IMG/VR virus record: IMGVR_UViG_3300036768_000756
Location: 4,187-68,186 of that record
Strand: one strand, 5' to 3'
Length of the DNA stretch: 64,000 nt
DNA from: a virus
Part shown: positions 19,079-28,438 of the stretch, piece by piece
Layout of the letters: every line of letters begins with the position of its first letter
How positions within the stretch are numbered: the stretch's first letter is position 1
The notes under the pieces: model-generated
Told to the model about the DNA's origin: nothing
The model's database searches: none
Seen by the model: only the letters and a program-made list of their open reading frames with translations
Translations under genes and position numbers: made by a program

Positions 19079-20347
19079 CTACTCGACCCAGATTGCGTAC
19101 TCAGACTCGATGCCGCCAGTGCAGCGGCCTTGGATCGTCTGCATGATGATGTTCTCGCGCTCCGAGTATTCCATTGTGATCGCCATGCGCGGGAAATGGA
19201 AGATCCATTTGTTCCCGGTCACTGAGCCGACATCGATCCGCATGCAGAATTTCGTGCCGGCGAACATTTCGCTCAGCATCGTGGCGTCCGGGATCGCACG
19301 GTTAGGTGCTATCGTATCACGGTCCACCGCCATCGTCGCGCGCACGACCGGGTTGCGGCCCGTGATGATCGGACGCAGCGCACCCTGCGAGACAGTGGCA
19401 TCGTTCACGATCTGGCGCTCGTTCCCGCTGTCGAAGCTGAATTCTCGGAGTACGATGGTTTGGCCGCCAGACGTGGCACCGTCGAACGAGCCGCCGCCGG
19501 CTTGGCCGTCGCCCGTAAGTGCACCAAAGCCCGTCGAGTCGTAGGCGATAGTAAACTGCGTGGCCGTAGGCGCACCGGTCACGAGGTGGCACCCGTTCAC
19601 GACCTGCCACGATCCGGTCAATCCAGTGATTGCCACGAGATGCCCGGTCGACAGACCGTGCGCCGCATCGGTCGTGAACGTGGTCGTGGTGCCGGCCGTA
19701 GCGGATGTGAGCCGCACCGGTGTCGTGATGCGAGCGATGCGGAGCGTGATGTTCCTGAATGCGACTGGACGGATGATCCCGCCGGTGTAGCCGGTGAAGC
19801 TACCCTCGTCCTGCGAGTCCCAGACACCCGCGCCATCGAAGGTCCCCTCCAGGAATCCCTCAGGCCGGCCAGAGATTGTCAGCGACCCGACGACGTCGCG
19901 CGCGAACACCCTCGCCTTGCCATTCTTCGCACCGACCGTTGGCGGGTGGCATCTTGCTGGCGTAGTGGCTCCGTCGATTAGCTCTGTCGGTGTCGCAGGG
20001 CGATATATCACCCGTGCCGTCTGCGTGTGCCGCGCCATGCCAGCGGCAATGAGCATTGCGTCGATCGCGCTCGCGCCATTGCCGGTCACCGAGCCCGCAG
20101 TGCCCGAGCCGAACACGGGGAATCGAGCCCGCACGTCCGCGAGCTGCGGACCCACGACCGCATCGATTGGAGACAGCGACCCGCGGATCACGCTGATGGG
20201 AATGAGCTGCGGCCGGGGCTGGATGACGACCGGCTCCAAGAGCGGGAGATCATCGGTGCCGCCAGTGCCGTAGGCCGGGGCGCCTGGGTTGGATTGTAGT
20301 TTTGCGACTGCCTGAACAGATTGGCTGATGGTGACCTGCTTCGCCAT
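19079..20347 (-). CDS. Major tail tube protein with inserted FCCH-like domain
   Basis: Position after neck genes; AHGLSTGHLVAITG...VNG...TQFTI insertion; GGAGG RBS. Confidence 0.7.
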   Translation of the reverse strand: MAKQVTISQSVQAVAKLQSNPGAPAYGTGGTDDLPLLEPVVIQPRPQLIPISVIRGSLSPIDAVVGPQLADVRARFPVFGSGTAGSVTGNGASAIDAMLIAAGMARHTQTARVIYRPATPTELIDGATTPARCHPPTVGAKNGKARVFARDVVGSLTISGRPEGFLEGTFDGAGVWDSQDEGSFTGYTGGIIRPVAFRNITLRIARITTPVRLTSATAGTTTTFTTDAAHGLSTGHLVAITGLTGSWQVVNGCHLVTGAPTATQFTIAYDSTGFGALTGDGQAGGGSFDGATSGGQTIVLREFSFDSGNERQIVNDATVSQGALRPIITGRNPVVRATMAVDRDTIAPNRAIPDATMLSEMFAGTKFCMRIDVGSVTGNKWIFHFPRMAITMEYSERENIIMQTIQGRCTGGIESEYAIWVE

Positions 20348-20349
20348 GA

Positions 20350-20763
20350 TTATACCTCCGTCCTAATTACGCCCTCGACGGTCAGCATGTCGCGGTGATA
20401 TAGGATGCGGTATTCTCTAAGTACGAGATATCCACCGCTATCCGCGCGGAGCACACGCGCCATGAGCGGCGTCGCACCGTATTCGCCAAGGACGCCCATG
20501 ATCTCCGCATCGAGGGCAGCTAGCTGCGCGTGATAATCGAGCTCGGACCAGGGCCCGCGCGGCATCCACTCGATGTCGATGTTCGCGGCAATGATGGCCG
20601 ATCTACCCGCCTGCGGCTCGTACTCGACCTGATCCATCCAGACGATGCACTCGCCAGGATCCAGCGCGGTCTCGTCGCGGTCGAATCGCACTCGTGTCGC
20701 GATACGAGCAGCCACTACGGCATCGGCCGCATCACGCAGAATGTCATGCTCCACCGTAGACAC
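20350..20763 (-). CDS. Putative tail terminator/completion protein
   Basis: Gene order; GAGGAGG RBS before GTG; conserved in copy 2. Confidence 0.55.
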   Translation of the reverse strand: MSTVEHDILRDAADAVVAARIATRVRFDRDETALDPGECIVWMDQVEYEPQAGRSAIIAANIDIEWMPRGPWSELDYHAQLAALDAEIMGVLGEYGATPLMARVLRADSGGYLVLREYRILYHRDMLTVEGVIRTEV

Positions 20764-21340
20764 GGGCTGCCTCCTCTGCGACTCGCGATACAAGCTCGGG
20801 CGCGATCTTGCGCAGCGCGGGTCGCGCCGGCACCGTCACCGACCGCACGAGCCGATATAGCGGCACGATCGTCTTGCCGCGGCGTTGACAGATGATGCCC
20901 TTGCGCACGAACGTGTTGCGGTACGCCCGTGGGGGCCGCCGCTCGACGCCTGCGGCGGTCAGCGCCGCAGGCAGTGGAATCGCCAGATACTGCCCGCGCC
21001 GCGGCCGAATCACCGTCTCGTCTACCGGTCGCCCCTGGGCATCGATGCCCTCGTGCACTCCGGCGTACACCAAAGCCGCGCTGCCTGCCTCGACACCGAC
21101 GCTCAATCCAACTGGGCGCCGCTCGACCTGGTAGCCGTACGAACCCATGAGTCGCCCGGTTCGCACGGCCGTACGCTCTGCCGTCGTGCCACCGCGCCGG
21201 TATCGCGTCACGATGTCCTGCACTGCGCGCCGCCCCTCACGCTCCAGTGCGCGCGCCATCCGCTCACGCCGCTCGGCGCCGTAGCCGGTCATCCACCGGA
21301 GCGTGTCCGCGATACCGCGCGCGGAGATCGAGAGCCTCAT
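20744..21340 (-). CDS. Neck/tail completion protein (HK97 gp10-like)
   Basis: VRTGRL, YAGVHEG, IRPRRGQYLAIP, VTVPARP motifs. Confidence 0.75.
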   Translation of the reverse strand: MRLSISARGIADTLRWMTGYGAERRERMARALEREGRRAVQDIVTRYRRGGTTAERTAVRTGRLMGSYGYQVERRPVGLSVGVEAGSAALVYAGVHEGIDAQGRPVDETVIRPRRGQYLAIPLPAALTAAGVERRPPRAYRNTFVRKGIICQRRGKTIVPLYRLVRSVTVPARPALRKIAPELVSRVAEEAARVYGGA

Positions 21341-21840
21341 GCGCCCCTCCCGAGTTGCTGCCGGAGCACGTCCGGCGGCCCGAATGCCTGCTCGCCCGCG
21401 GCCTCCCGCGTCCGGATCCACCGCGCTGCGGACACGATCGCAGCACGGATCTCCTTGGGCACGCTCGCGACGTCAGCCGCGATGCCCACAGTCGCCGTGA
21501 TGCGGTACCAGCCGGGCGGCCAATACCCACTAGCACGTGTCACCAGCCCAGCCTGCGAGTCGACGACGTACGTCGCGGCGTCGACGATGGTCCAGGCCTG
21601 GGCGTCGGTGGAGTACTCGACTGTGACCGACTGCACCGGACGGCCCGGCACGCGGAGCACATCGAATTCGCCCACGATGTACTGCGTCTGGACGCGCGAC
21701 GTCGCCACGATGGTGCGACCAAGCATGCGCTCGACCAGCTCCGTGGCCTGCGCCGCTAGGCGATGCGCCCCGAGGGCATCCTCAAGGCGCATCCCCAGCG
21801 CCTGCGCTAGCTCAGCATCCGTGATCGCGGGCGTGATCAT
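21337..21840 (-). CDS. Head-tail connector (gp6/gp8-like adaptor)
   Basis: Follows capsid; RPVQSVT, YVVD..AGLV, VPKEIRAAI motifs. Confidence 0.75.
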   Translation of the reverse strand: MITPAITDAELAQALGMRLEDALGAHRLAAQATELVERMLGRTIVATSRVQTQYIVGEFDVLRVPGRPVQSVTVEYSTDAQAWTIVDAATYVVDSQAGLVTRASGYWPPGWYRITATVGIAADVASVPKEIRAAIVSAARWIRTREAAGEQAFGPPDVLRQQLGRGA

Positions 21841-21854
21841 GTCGTGCCCCGATA

Positions 21855-23129
21855 TTACGCCATCTCCAGTACCGCGACCGCCTCGGGCTCCATCAATTTG
21901 CCGCCCTTCCGCGACCAGATCGCGAAGCCCATGTGCGGCGCGTAGCGTTCTCGCAACGGGATGAGCAGCAGATCGGATCGGTCCACGATGTAATACTGCG
22001 CGAGATCCCCGAACAGCATGGGCCGCTGCCCCGACGCGACAGCGGGAACGAAGCCGCTTCGGAAAATCGGCCGATCGAAAAGCGTGAGCACGTTCTGCCC
22101 CGGCATGAAGATCGGCCGCTGGGCAGCGTCCTTGAACCGGAGCATTTGCGCGAGCGCGCTGCGGTGAATCAACCACACACCCTGCTCCGCGTACTCTTCG
22201 CGCACGGCCGTATACAGGTTGACCACATCGTCGTACGAGATGTTGGTCGCGGATCCGGCCGTCACCACGGGCGTGCTTGCATCCGTGAACACGCCTTGCG
22301 GCTTTTGGCTCCCATCGCCGACGATGAAGGCCTTGTCTTCCGAGAGGGCCTCCTGGCGGGAAATGATATCGGCCAACACGCCCTCCAGATCCACCTCCGC
22401 GTCTTCAATCGTGGCACGAGACGCCACGACATGCCCCGGCTCCCACGGCCATACGCGAATCTCGCGCCGTTGGAATTGCTGTTGCAGTGCCGTGCGCGCT
22501 GCGACCGGGTCAAGGCCTGCATTGCCGGGCCATGTGTCGGTGATCTGCCCGGATACATACTCGCCCGACGGTGCAACGTAGGGCTCTTGATACACATCGC
22601 GGCTCGTGCGCCGCACCGTGCAGAGTTGCCGCATGAGCCCCGTGCGTCGCCGTGCGATACGTACGGTCGGAGTAAGCTGCGGCGGCACAAGCAAGTCTTC
22701 TCCGGTCGCCGACGGCGGCGCCGCTGTCCATTGCAGCCGCCACCCGACCCCGCTGTCTCCAGCGGCGAGATAGGTCTGCCGCTCTGCTTGGGTCAGCCCG
22801 GCCTCGCCCTGCGAACACCATGCCCGGAATGCCTCGCCCCACGGGCGCACCGGCTCCTGGGGCTGCATCACGTGCGTGCGCGCCGGGACGGACGCCGTCA
22901 ACGTCGCCGCCGGCTGCGGCTGCGTGAGCGCCTCGGCCTGCTGGCGACGCTCTTCGTATTGCCTCAAGCGCGCAGCCCGTGCCTGTGCGGCCTCCATGGC
23001 CTGATCGAGCTCCGCGACCGCGCGCTCGAACTGCTCGACCGCGTCGGATGGCCATTGCTCCCCATAGCGCTGATCGAGCTCGGCCCGCAGCGCGTCCACT
23101 TTCGCGACTGCCTCAGCTAGCATGCTCAT
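21855..23129 (-). CDS. Major capsid protein (HK97 fold)
   Basis: N-terminal coiled-coil delta domain; LLVP, EDKAFIVGDGSQKPQGV, KDAAQRPIF, LFGDLAQYYIVDR. Confidence 0.95.
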   Translation of the reverse strand: MSMLAEAVAKVDALRAELDQRYGEQWPSDAVEQFERAVAELDQAMEAAQARAARLRQYEERRQQAEALTQPQPAATLTASVPARTHVMQPQEPVRPWGEAFRAWCSQGEAGLTQAERQTYLAAGDSGVGWRLQWTAAPPSATGEDLLVPPQLTPTVRIARRRTGLMRQLCTVRRTSRDVYQEPYVAPSGEYVSGQITDTWPGNAGLDPVAARTALQQQFQRREIRVWPWEPGHVVASRATIEDAEVDLEGVLADIISRQEALSEDKAFIVGDGSQKPQGVFTDASTPVVTAGSATNISYDDVVNLYTAVREEYAEQGVWLIHRSALAQMLRFKDAAQRPIFMPGQNVLTLFDRPIFRSGFVPAVASGQRPMLFGDLAQYYIVDRSDLLLIPLRERYAPHMGFAIWSRKGGKLMEPEAVAVLEMA

Positions 23130-23730
23130 AGTTACCTCCTCTGACCTTCACACGGCGCCAAAGCGCCAGTGCCCGCCGCCTGGCGAGCGTTGTATCGGAT
23201 GCCGATGCGCCTGCACCGGCGTCTGTTGCAATCTGTTCCGCAATCTGTTCAGCGGCCTGCTGCATCTCCGCCGCAATCAACTGCACACGTGCCTGGGAAT
23301 TCGCGCCCCACGGCACGAGCGAAATCTCCTGCAAAAGCGCCTGCTCCACGACCCACGTGCCCATGACGTATTGGGCCGTGATCGGGGCAAAGCCAATCGA
23401 TGCCTCGCCGATAACTCCTCGCGTCACGAGCTCAGATAGGTCCGAGCCGTCGCGCGTATCGGTGAGCGTGGCCTCGAAGTATAGCCCGCGGTCGTCCTGC
23501 CGCAGGACATCCGGGCGTGCGATTGCACGTGTCGCATCGTGATATGCGAGCACCAGGATGCGATCGCGGATCGCTGGCAAAGTGAGCGAACTGGTGAAGG
23601 CATTGGGCAACAAAACGACCGGCCCCACCGCCTGGCCGTTCGCGCCGGCCGGCCAAAATGGCGTGTTCCACGTTGCGGCATACCCGCCGACTCGGGCCAC
23701 GATAGATATCCTCGCGGCGCGATATTGCAC
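23113..23730 (-). CDS. HK97-family prohead protease (start may be GTG at 23700)
   Basis: GYAATWN, YHD, DDRGLYFEA, SIGF, LQEISLVPWGANSQA. Confidence 0.92.
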   Translation of the reverse strand: MQYRAARISIVARVGGYAATWNTPFWPAGANGQAVGPVVLLPNAFTSSLTLPAIRDRILVLAYHDATRAIARPDVLRQDDRGLYFEATLTDTRDGSDLSELVTRGVIGEASIGFAPITAQYVMGTWVVEQALLQEISLVPWGANSQARVQLIAAEMQQAAEQIAEQIATDAGAGASASDTTLARRRALALWRRVKVRGGNYEHAS

Positions 23731-23745
23731 GACAAGTGTGCGTTG

Positions 23746-24519
23746 TCAAGATTTCCCCGAGACGACTGTACGACACCGGCAGTTGGGATGCGCCGGCGGC
23801 TCTTCACTTCGGGCCCACTCGTCGTCGAGGCTCTGCACCTCACGATCGCGCGGCTCGCAGACGGGGCACACGTGCTCGTCGTCCGCCGTGATCCACATGA
23901 TCTGCGCATTCGGCCGCGCCTCCCGGAGTGTCTCGTGCCGCGAGATATTCACCGCGCGTGCGGCCTCGGTGCGGGCAATCGTAAGCGCCCGCGAGTACGC
24001 CAGCGCCTGCGCGTAGTCTGCCTGCTCTGCGGGCGAGAGCGTCTCTGCCCTGCGTGCGAGCGCCGCCACCTGCCGCGGGTGTAGCGGCACGATGCGCACG
24101 AGCCCGTCGCGGAGCGCCCGCGGAGATAGGCCCTGGTCGAGTGCATCTACCACTGCCGACCGGATCTCCGTGCGTGTCTCGTCGTCGATGGCGGTCACGA
24201 GATCGGCACCGCGCCGCTCGGCCCAGTCGATCGCGCGCCGGCTGGGAAGGGCGACGCCGCCACCCAGGTCCACTCGCAACGAGCGGATGCCTAGCTTTGC
24301 GGCCTTGATGAGCTGGGCTTGCAGGGCCGCGATGCGCATCCGCGACACTCCGGCCCGTTCGAGCTCGCGCCTCAGTGCCTCGATGTCGCGCGCGGCGAGA
24401 GCATCGTCAATACGCTGCATGTCGACGCGCTGCAGGAGCACCCGGTCGTAGCTCCCCACGGCGCGCCGGATGGCTCGTTCGACGAGGTCGATCGTCTGCC
24501 CGACGTGCTCGCCCGCCAT
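23746..24519 (-). CDS. Minor head morphogenesis protein (Mu gpF / SPP1 gp7-like)
   Basis: RALTIARTE, WITADDEHVCPVC, PPAHPNCRC. Confidence 0.92.
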   Translation of the reverse strand: MAGEHVGQTIDLVERAIRRAVGSYDRVLLQRVDMQRIDDALAARDIEALRRELERAGVSRMRIAALQAQLIKAAKLGIRSLRVDLGGGVALPSRRAIDWAERRGADLVTAIDDETRTEIRSAVVDALDQGLSPRALRDGLVRIVPLHPRQVAALARRAETLSPAEQADYAQALAYSRALTIARTEAARAVNISRHETLREARPNAQIMWITADDEHVCPVCEPRDREVQSLDDEWARSEEPPAHPNCRCRTVVSGKS

Positions 24520-24520
24520 G

Positions 24521-24871
24521 TCATGCCACGGTGATGAGGCCCGCGAGCCCGACGCCGCTTAAGTCGCCGACGGTGAGCTCGACGCGATAGAACCACCGTC
24601 CTACTGGGATCGTAGCGAGTGCCGCGCTTCCCCACTCTGCCTGCGGCGGGTCGGCTGACACTGTGGCCGGTAGCGACGTGCCGGAGCCGCCCACGCTCGC
24701 GGAGCAAATAAGCACCGCGCTGTCGACGGCGACGGCCTCGCCTGCATCGTCTCGCACCGCGATCACGAGCGAGCCGGGGGCGCTCGGGTGCATGACCAGT
24801 GCTCGCCACTCTGGCGGCTCGCCGCGCAACGCTGACATCGGAATTTCAATCACTCCAGGTCGCGCGCGCAT
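24521..24871 (-). CDS. Small beta-rich adaptor-like structural protein
   Basis: Conserved in both copies; GRWFYRVELT resembles BppU/Ig-like adaptors (inference). Confidence 0.55.
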   Translation of the reverse strand: MRARPGVIEIPMSALRGEPPEWRALVMHPSAPGSLVIAVRDDAGEAVAVDSAVLICSASVGGSGTSLPATVSADPPQAEWGSAALATIPVGRWFYRVELTVGDLSGVGLAGLITVA

Positions 24872-24874
24872 GGC

Positions 24875-25234
24875 TCACCTCGTCGGGTAGGTGACACGGA
24901 TCAGGATCTCCGCGGTCGGAGTATTGCCCATGGTGTCTGTCGCCTTGACGCGGCAATGGTACGTGTTGCCAAGCCGCTGCGTGCCCGGCAGCACTGCCAC
25001 GGTCACCGTGTCGCTCGCGATCACAGTCGGCCCGCCGGCGAGCATGCCCGACGGGTCCGCATCGGTCCGCTTGGCATCGATCACGCGGCACGACCATGTC
25101 GCGGACGTCACCGTGCGCGCCGGATAGACGACCCAGTATGTGTCCCGCACGTCGGGCACGTGCTCGATCGTCGCGTGGTAGTCGAGCGCCCATGCGGGTG
25201 TGGCGAGCAGTAGCATCAGCAGCATGCGCATCAT
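24875..25234 (-). CDS. Fibre-adaptor-like protein with N-terminal signal peptide
   Basis: MMRMLLMLLLATPAWA signal; SATW...DPSGML...GNTYHCRVKATDTMGN...IRV resembles phage fibre adaptor proteins; ATGA overlap with portal. Confidence 0.65.
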   Translation of the reverse strand: MMRMLLMLLLATPAWALDYHATIEHVPDVRDTYWVVYPARTVTSATWSCRVIDAKRTDADPSGMLAGGPTVIASDTVTVAVLPGTQRLGNTYHCRVKATDTMGNTPTAEILIRVTYPTR

Positions 25235-26493
25235 GGCTGTGCCTCCACCTGTGTCGGCTCCGTGAGCTCCGAGAGCCCCGACCGCAAGACATCGCCGTCC
25301 GATACCCGCGGGAGCCCCATCATCGAGCGCGCCTCGTTGCGCGTGATCAAGCCAGCGCCCCAGGCTCGTTCCGCGAGCTGCCACTGTGTCGCGCGATGCT
25401 CGTCGGCCCCGGCTAGCTCGGAGAAATCCCACCACAGCTCGACCTGCGATGGGTCCAGTCCATAGAGCGGCGCTAGCTGCGTCTCCAGCATCTGGCCGAC
25501 GCGGCCCACGAACGGAATGATCACATCGTGCACCAGGTGCTGCCTCGCTTCACGATAGTTGGCGTACGTCGCGCGCTTGAGTCCGATCACGGCGCTCACC
25601 ATGATCGGCGGGACACCGAGCACGGAGCAGATGCGAGCCTCCACGTGCGCGAGCAGGTCCGCGACATCGATCTCTTGCGGAGATACGCCGACCTCGCGGA
25701 CATCGACGCGCGATTGCTGGAGCAGCGGGATACCCGCCTGCCGGCCAGATGAGTCGCGCTTGAGTGCTGCCTCGACGCGCATGCGCACGGCCTCAGCCTC
25801 CTCGTCGTCGAGGTCGTCGCGTGTCGTCAGCACGATCTGCCGGAGTCCGCTCCGCGCCACGTCTCCGACATAGCCCATGAGCGCCCGATCGAGCGCGACC
25901 TCAGACGCAATCATGGTCCATCGCGCGCGCGGCACGAGCGGGTCATCAGTGGCCGGCACGATCGCCCAGAGGAACGTGCCAGGCAGCATGACTTTCGGCC
26001 TGCCGGTCGTCGGCTCACCGTACTCGATCGCTTCGAGAGCGCCCGTCGCGGAATAGCGCTCCTGGGCGAATTGCGACGGCCGCGGCAGAATGTACGCAGG
26101 CGTGCCGTCGCCTCGGAGTACGAGCTCGGCGAAGATGCGCCCCACAAGCCGCTCCTGCGCCACCCACGTGCGGAGCAGCGTGGCGTAGTCGATGTCCGGC
26201 GTCGGGTGCCAAATCAGGTCCAGGATGGGGTGCTGCTCGACGGGCTGGCCAGCGATCCGGAGTGTAGGTCTCGCGGATGCGGCCACCGTCGCGATGGCCT
26301 CGATGCACGCCTCGACCAGCGGATGCGTGGCGACGTCGAGATATGATGCCTTCGCCTGGCGGATGGGCTCAGCTAGGCGGAGCACCCGTACTCCGCGGCC
26401 CGGCAACGTTGCTGCCGGCTGCACCGGAGATGCAGCGCGACCACGCCGACCCACCGCGGCGCGGAACCGGTCGAGCCAGGACACCGTCGCCAT
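25231..26493 (-). CDS. Portal protein (HK97 family)
   Basis: VEACIEAIA, HPILDLI, RICSVLGVPP, ATYANYREA, GLITRNEARSMMGLP. Confidence 0.95.
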   Translation of the reverse strand: MATVSWLDRFRAAVGRRGRAASPVQPAATLPGRGVRVLRLAEPIRQAKASYLDVATHPLVEACIEAIATVAASARPTLRIAGQPVEQHPILDLIWHPTPDIDYATLLRTWVAQERLVGRIFAELVLRGDGTPAYILPRPSQFAQERYSATGALEAIEYGEPTTGRPKVMLPGTFLWAIVPATDDPLVPRARWTMIASEVALDRALMGYVGDVARSGLRQIVLTTRDDLDDEEAEAVRMRVEAALKRDSSGRQAGIPLLQQSRVDVREVGVSPQEIDVADLLAHVEARICSVLGVPPIMVSAVIGLKRATYANYREARQHLVHDVIIPFVGRVGQMLETQLAPLYGLDPSQVELWWDFSELAGADEHRATQWQLAERAWGAGLITRNEARSMMGLPRVSDGDVLRSGLSELTEPTQVEAQP

Positions 26494-26545
26494 GTGGGCC
26501 CGTCTATCATATCGCCGCGCGACATGCTAGTGTTCGGGCATGTCG
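26494..26545. promoter_or_regulatory. Compact divergent control region between portal and terminase
   Basis: 46-bp gap identical in both copies; -10-like TATGAT (-) and TAGTGT (+); inverted repeat CGACATGC/GCATGTCG. Confidence 0.5.
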
Positions 26546-26887
26546 TTCCGCGATGCACTAACCGAGCATGCCGGTCGTCTCGGGCTCCGAGAGATTGCGG
26601 GGCTCTCGGGCACCTCGAAATCCGAGGCCCGCGAAGCGCTGGCGGACCCGGCCGTACGGCGCGAGTATGAGGCCGCCCGGGCACGCTACATCGACGGGCT
26701 CGTGCAGCAGCTAGAGCGAGCCGCCCGTGCTGGCAATCTCCGGGCCGTACGGGAGCTGATCCGCTTCGCCCGCGGCATCGAGCGGCGCACGTCTCGACGC
26801 GAGCGCCGACGTGAGCGCAGAGACGTGCCCGCGTCGCTACGGAAGTGGCCGCATGCAGTCGTTCTCCCAGGCCGCCGGCCGAGCTGA
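26540..26887 (+). CDS. Putative terminase small subunit
   Basis: HTH-like N-terminus; AARAGNLRAVRELI; directly upstream of TerL. Confidence 0.65.
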   Translation: MSFRDALTEHAGRLGLREIAGLSGTSKSEAREALADPAVRREYEAARARYIDGLVQQLERAARAGNLRAVRELIRFARGIERRTSRRERRRERRDVPASLRKWPHAVVLPGRRPS

Positions 26888-28199
26888 CGCGGAATTCGCC
26901 GTCCCGCTCCGGTCGGCACGCGAGCTCCGGCGCTACATGGAGCACGCCTGGGGTGTGCGCCTGGGTGGTCGTGCGGCCTGTCCGCATCACGTGGCACCAC
27001 TAGCCGTCGCGTGGGATGCGTACCGCGCCACCCAGCCAGTGATCATCGTGCGCGGTGCGCGCGGCACGGGCAAGACCTACATGGTCGCCGCCCTCGGGCT
27101 CACCATGGCTACCACGCTTGGGGCGTCGGTGACCATCCTTGGCGGCTCGGGCGAGCAGAGCAACCGCGTGCATGACCACATGCGCCGGATGTGGCTACAC
27201 CCGACGGCGCCCATCGACATGCTGCTAGATGAGCCGACGCATCGTGTGACGAGGCTCATCACGGGCGCCACCATCACCGCGCTGCTCGCCTCGTCGCGGA
27301 GCGTGCGCGGGCCGCACCCAGAGCGGCTCATTCTCGATGAGGCCGATGAGATCGACGTCGATTTGATCGATGCGGCCCTGGGACAACCGCAGTCTCGCGG
27401 GCCGATCCGTGCCGGCGTGCTGGCAGTATCCACCGAGCACCGCACCGACGGCGGCATGGCGTACCTGCGGCGGCTGGCCCAGGATCGCGGCTGGCCTGTC
27501 GTCGAGTGGTGCTGGCGCGATGTGATGTGGCCGCACGGGTGGATGCGGCGCGACCAGCTAGAGCGCGTGCGGGCTACCGTGCCCGAGAGTGTCTGGCGCG
27601 TCGAGTACGAGATGGGGCAGGTGGTATCCCGAGACGCCGCCATCGACCCCGAGGCGCTCGCTGGCGTACTCGACGGTCCAGAGATCCGGGACGCTGGGCG
27701 CGCGGTTGAGGTCGAGCCACCAGAGAGTTCGGGGCAGTACGCCTGCGGCGTCGACTGGGCGCGGAGCGAGCATGCGACCGTGGCGGTCGTGATTCGGTGC
27801 GATGTGCGACCGCGGCGGGTCGTGGCCTATCTCCGGATGCGGCGGCAACCATGGGCGAGACAAGTGGAGCGCGTGGCGGAGCTCGCGACACGATACCGCG
27901 CGCGGGTGTGGCATGATGCAACCGGGCTCGGCGACGTAGTGCACTCGCTGCTCGCGGTGCCGGCCGTGCCCATCGTCTGGGCACCGAAGACCCGCGAGCG
28001 GCTCATCACTGGCTATGTGCGAGCCCTCGAAACGCGGGCGCTACTACTGCCCCGCATCGACACGCTGGTGTCGGAGCACACGCAGGCCACCTGGGATGAT
28101 CTCTGGGGCCGCGGCCACTTGCCGGACTCGCTCGCCGCCTGCGCGATGGCGTGGTACGGGGCCGAGCGGATGCGCGGCGTGGGCGGCATCTACGTGTGA
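26853..28199 (+). CDS. terL: Terminase large subunit
   Basis: Walker A GARGTGKT, Walker B LILDEAD, nuclease motifs GVDWA, HDATGLGD, PDSLAA. Confidence 0.92.
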   Translation: MQSFSQAAGRADAEFAVPLRSARELRRYMEHAWGVRLGGRAACPHHVAPLAVAWDAYRATQPVIIVRGARGTGKTYMVAALGLTMATTLGASVTILGGSGEQSNRVHDHMRRMWLHPTAPIDMLLDEPTHRVTRLITGATITALLASSRSVRGPHPERLILDEADEIDVDLIDAALGQPQSRGPIRAGVLAVSTEHRTDGGMAYLRRLAQDRGWPVVEWCWRDVMWPHGWMRRDQLERVRATVPESVWRVEYEMGQVVSRDAAIDPEALAGVLDGPEIRDAGRAVEVEPPESSGQYACGVDWARSEHATVAVVIRCDVRPRRVVAYLRMRRQPWARQVERVAELATRYRARVWHDATGLGDVVHSLLAVPAVPIVWAPKTRERLITGYVRALETRALLLPRIDTLVSEHTQATWDDLWGRGHLPDSLAACAMAWYGAERMRGVGGIYV

Positions 28200-28223
28200 G
28201 CCGCCAGCTGCTCTGGAGGGAGT

Positions 28224-28255
28224 GGGGCCGGCGGAAAGGAGTAAACGCCGGCCCC
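28224..28255. other. Conserved stem-loop after terL with AAGGAG in the loop
   Basis: GGGGCCGGCG-gaaaggagtaaa-CGCCGGCCCC; same stem at 61935-61966. Confidence 0.6.
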
Positions 28256-28392
28256 TCGGGCAGGAGGTTGGTGAACGGGCGATGACCGTGTGCCATATCG
28301 GACCGTGGTTGTCAAGTGCGTTGACTTTTATGCTTGCGTTCGGTATTGAAATGCGCTGAAGGCATGTGATGGGCAATCATGAAGCCTTCTTT

Positions 28393-28434
28393 GCCCCTGT
28401 GGCTGTTCCCGGCAGCCGCAGGGGCTTTTCTTTG
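28393..28434 (+). terminator. Intrinsic terminator
   Basis: GCCCCTGTGGCTG/CAGCCGCAGGGGC stem followed by TTTTCTTT. Confidence 0.75.
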
Positions 28435-28438
28435 CCGT

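Noticed and set aside
9568-28199. Gene transfer agent or tailocin
   Set aside because: Own replication initiator, origin and recombination genes are present, with a full head module and no host context.
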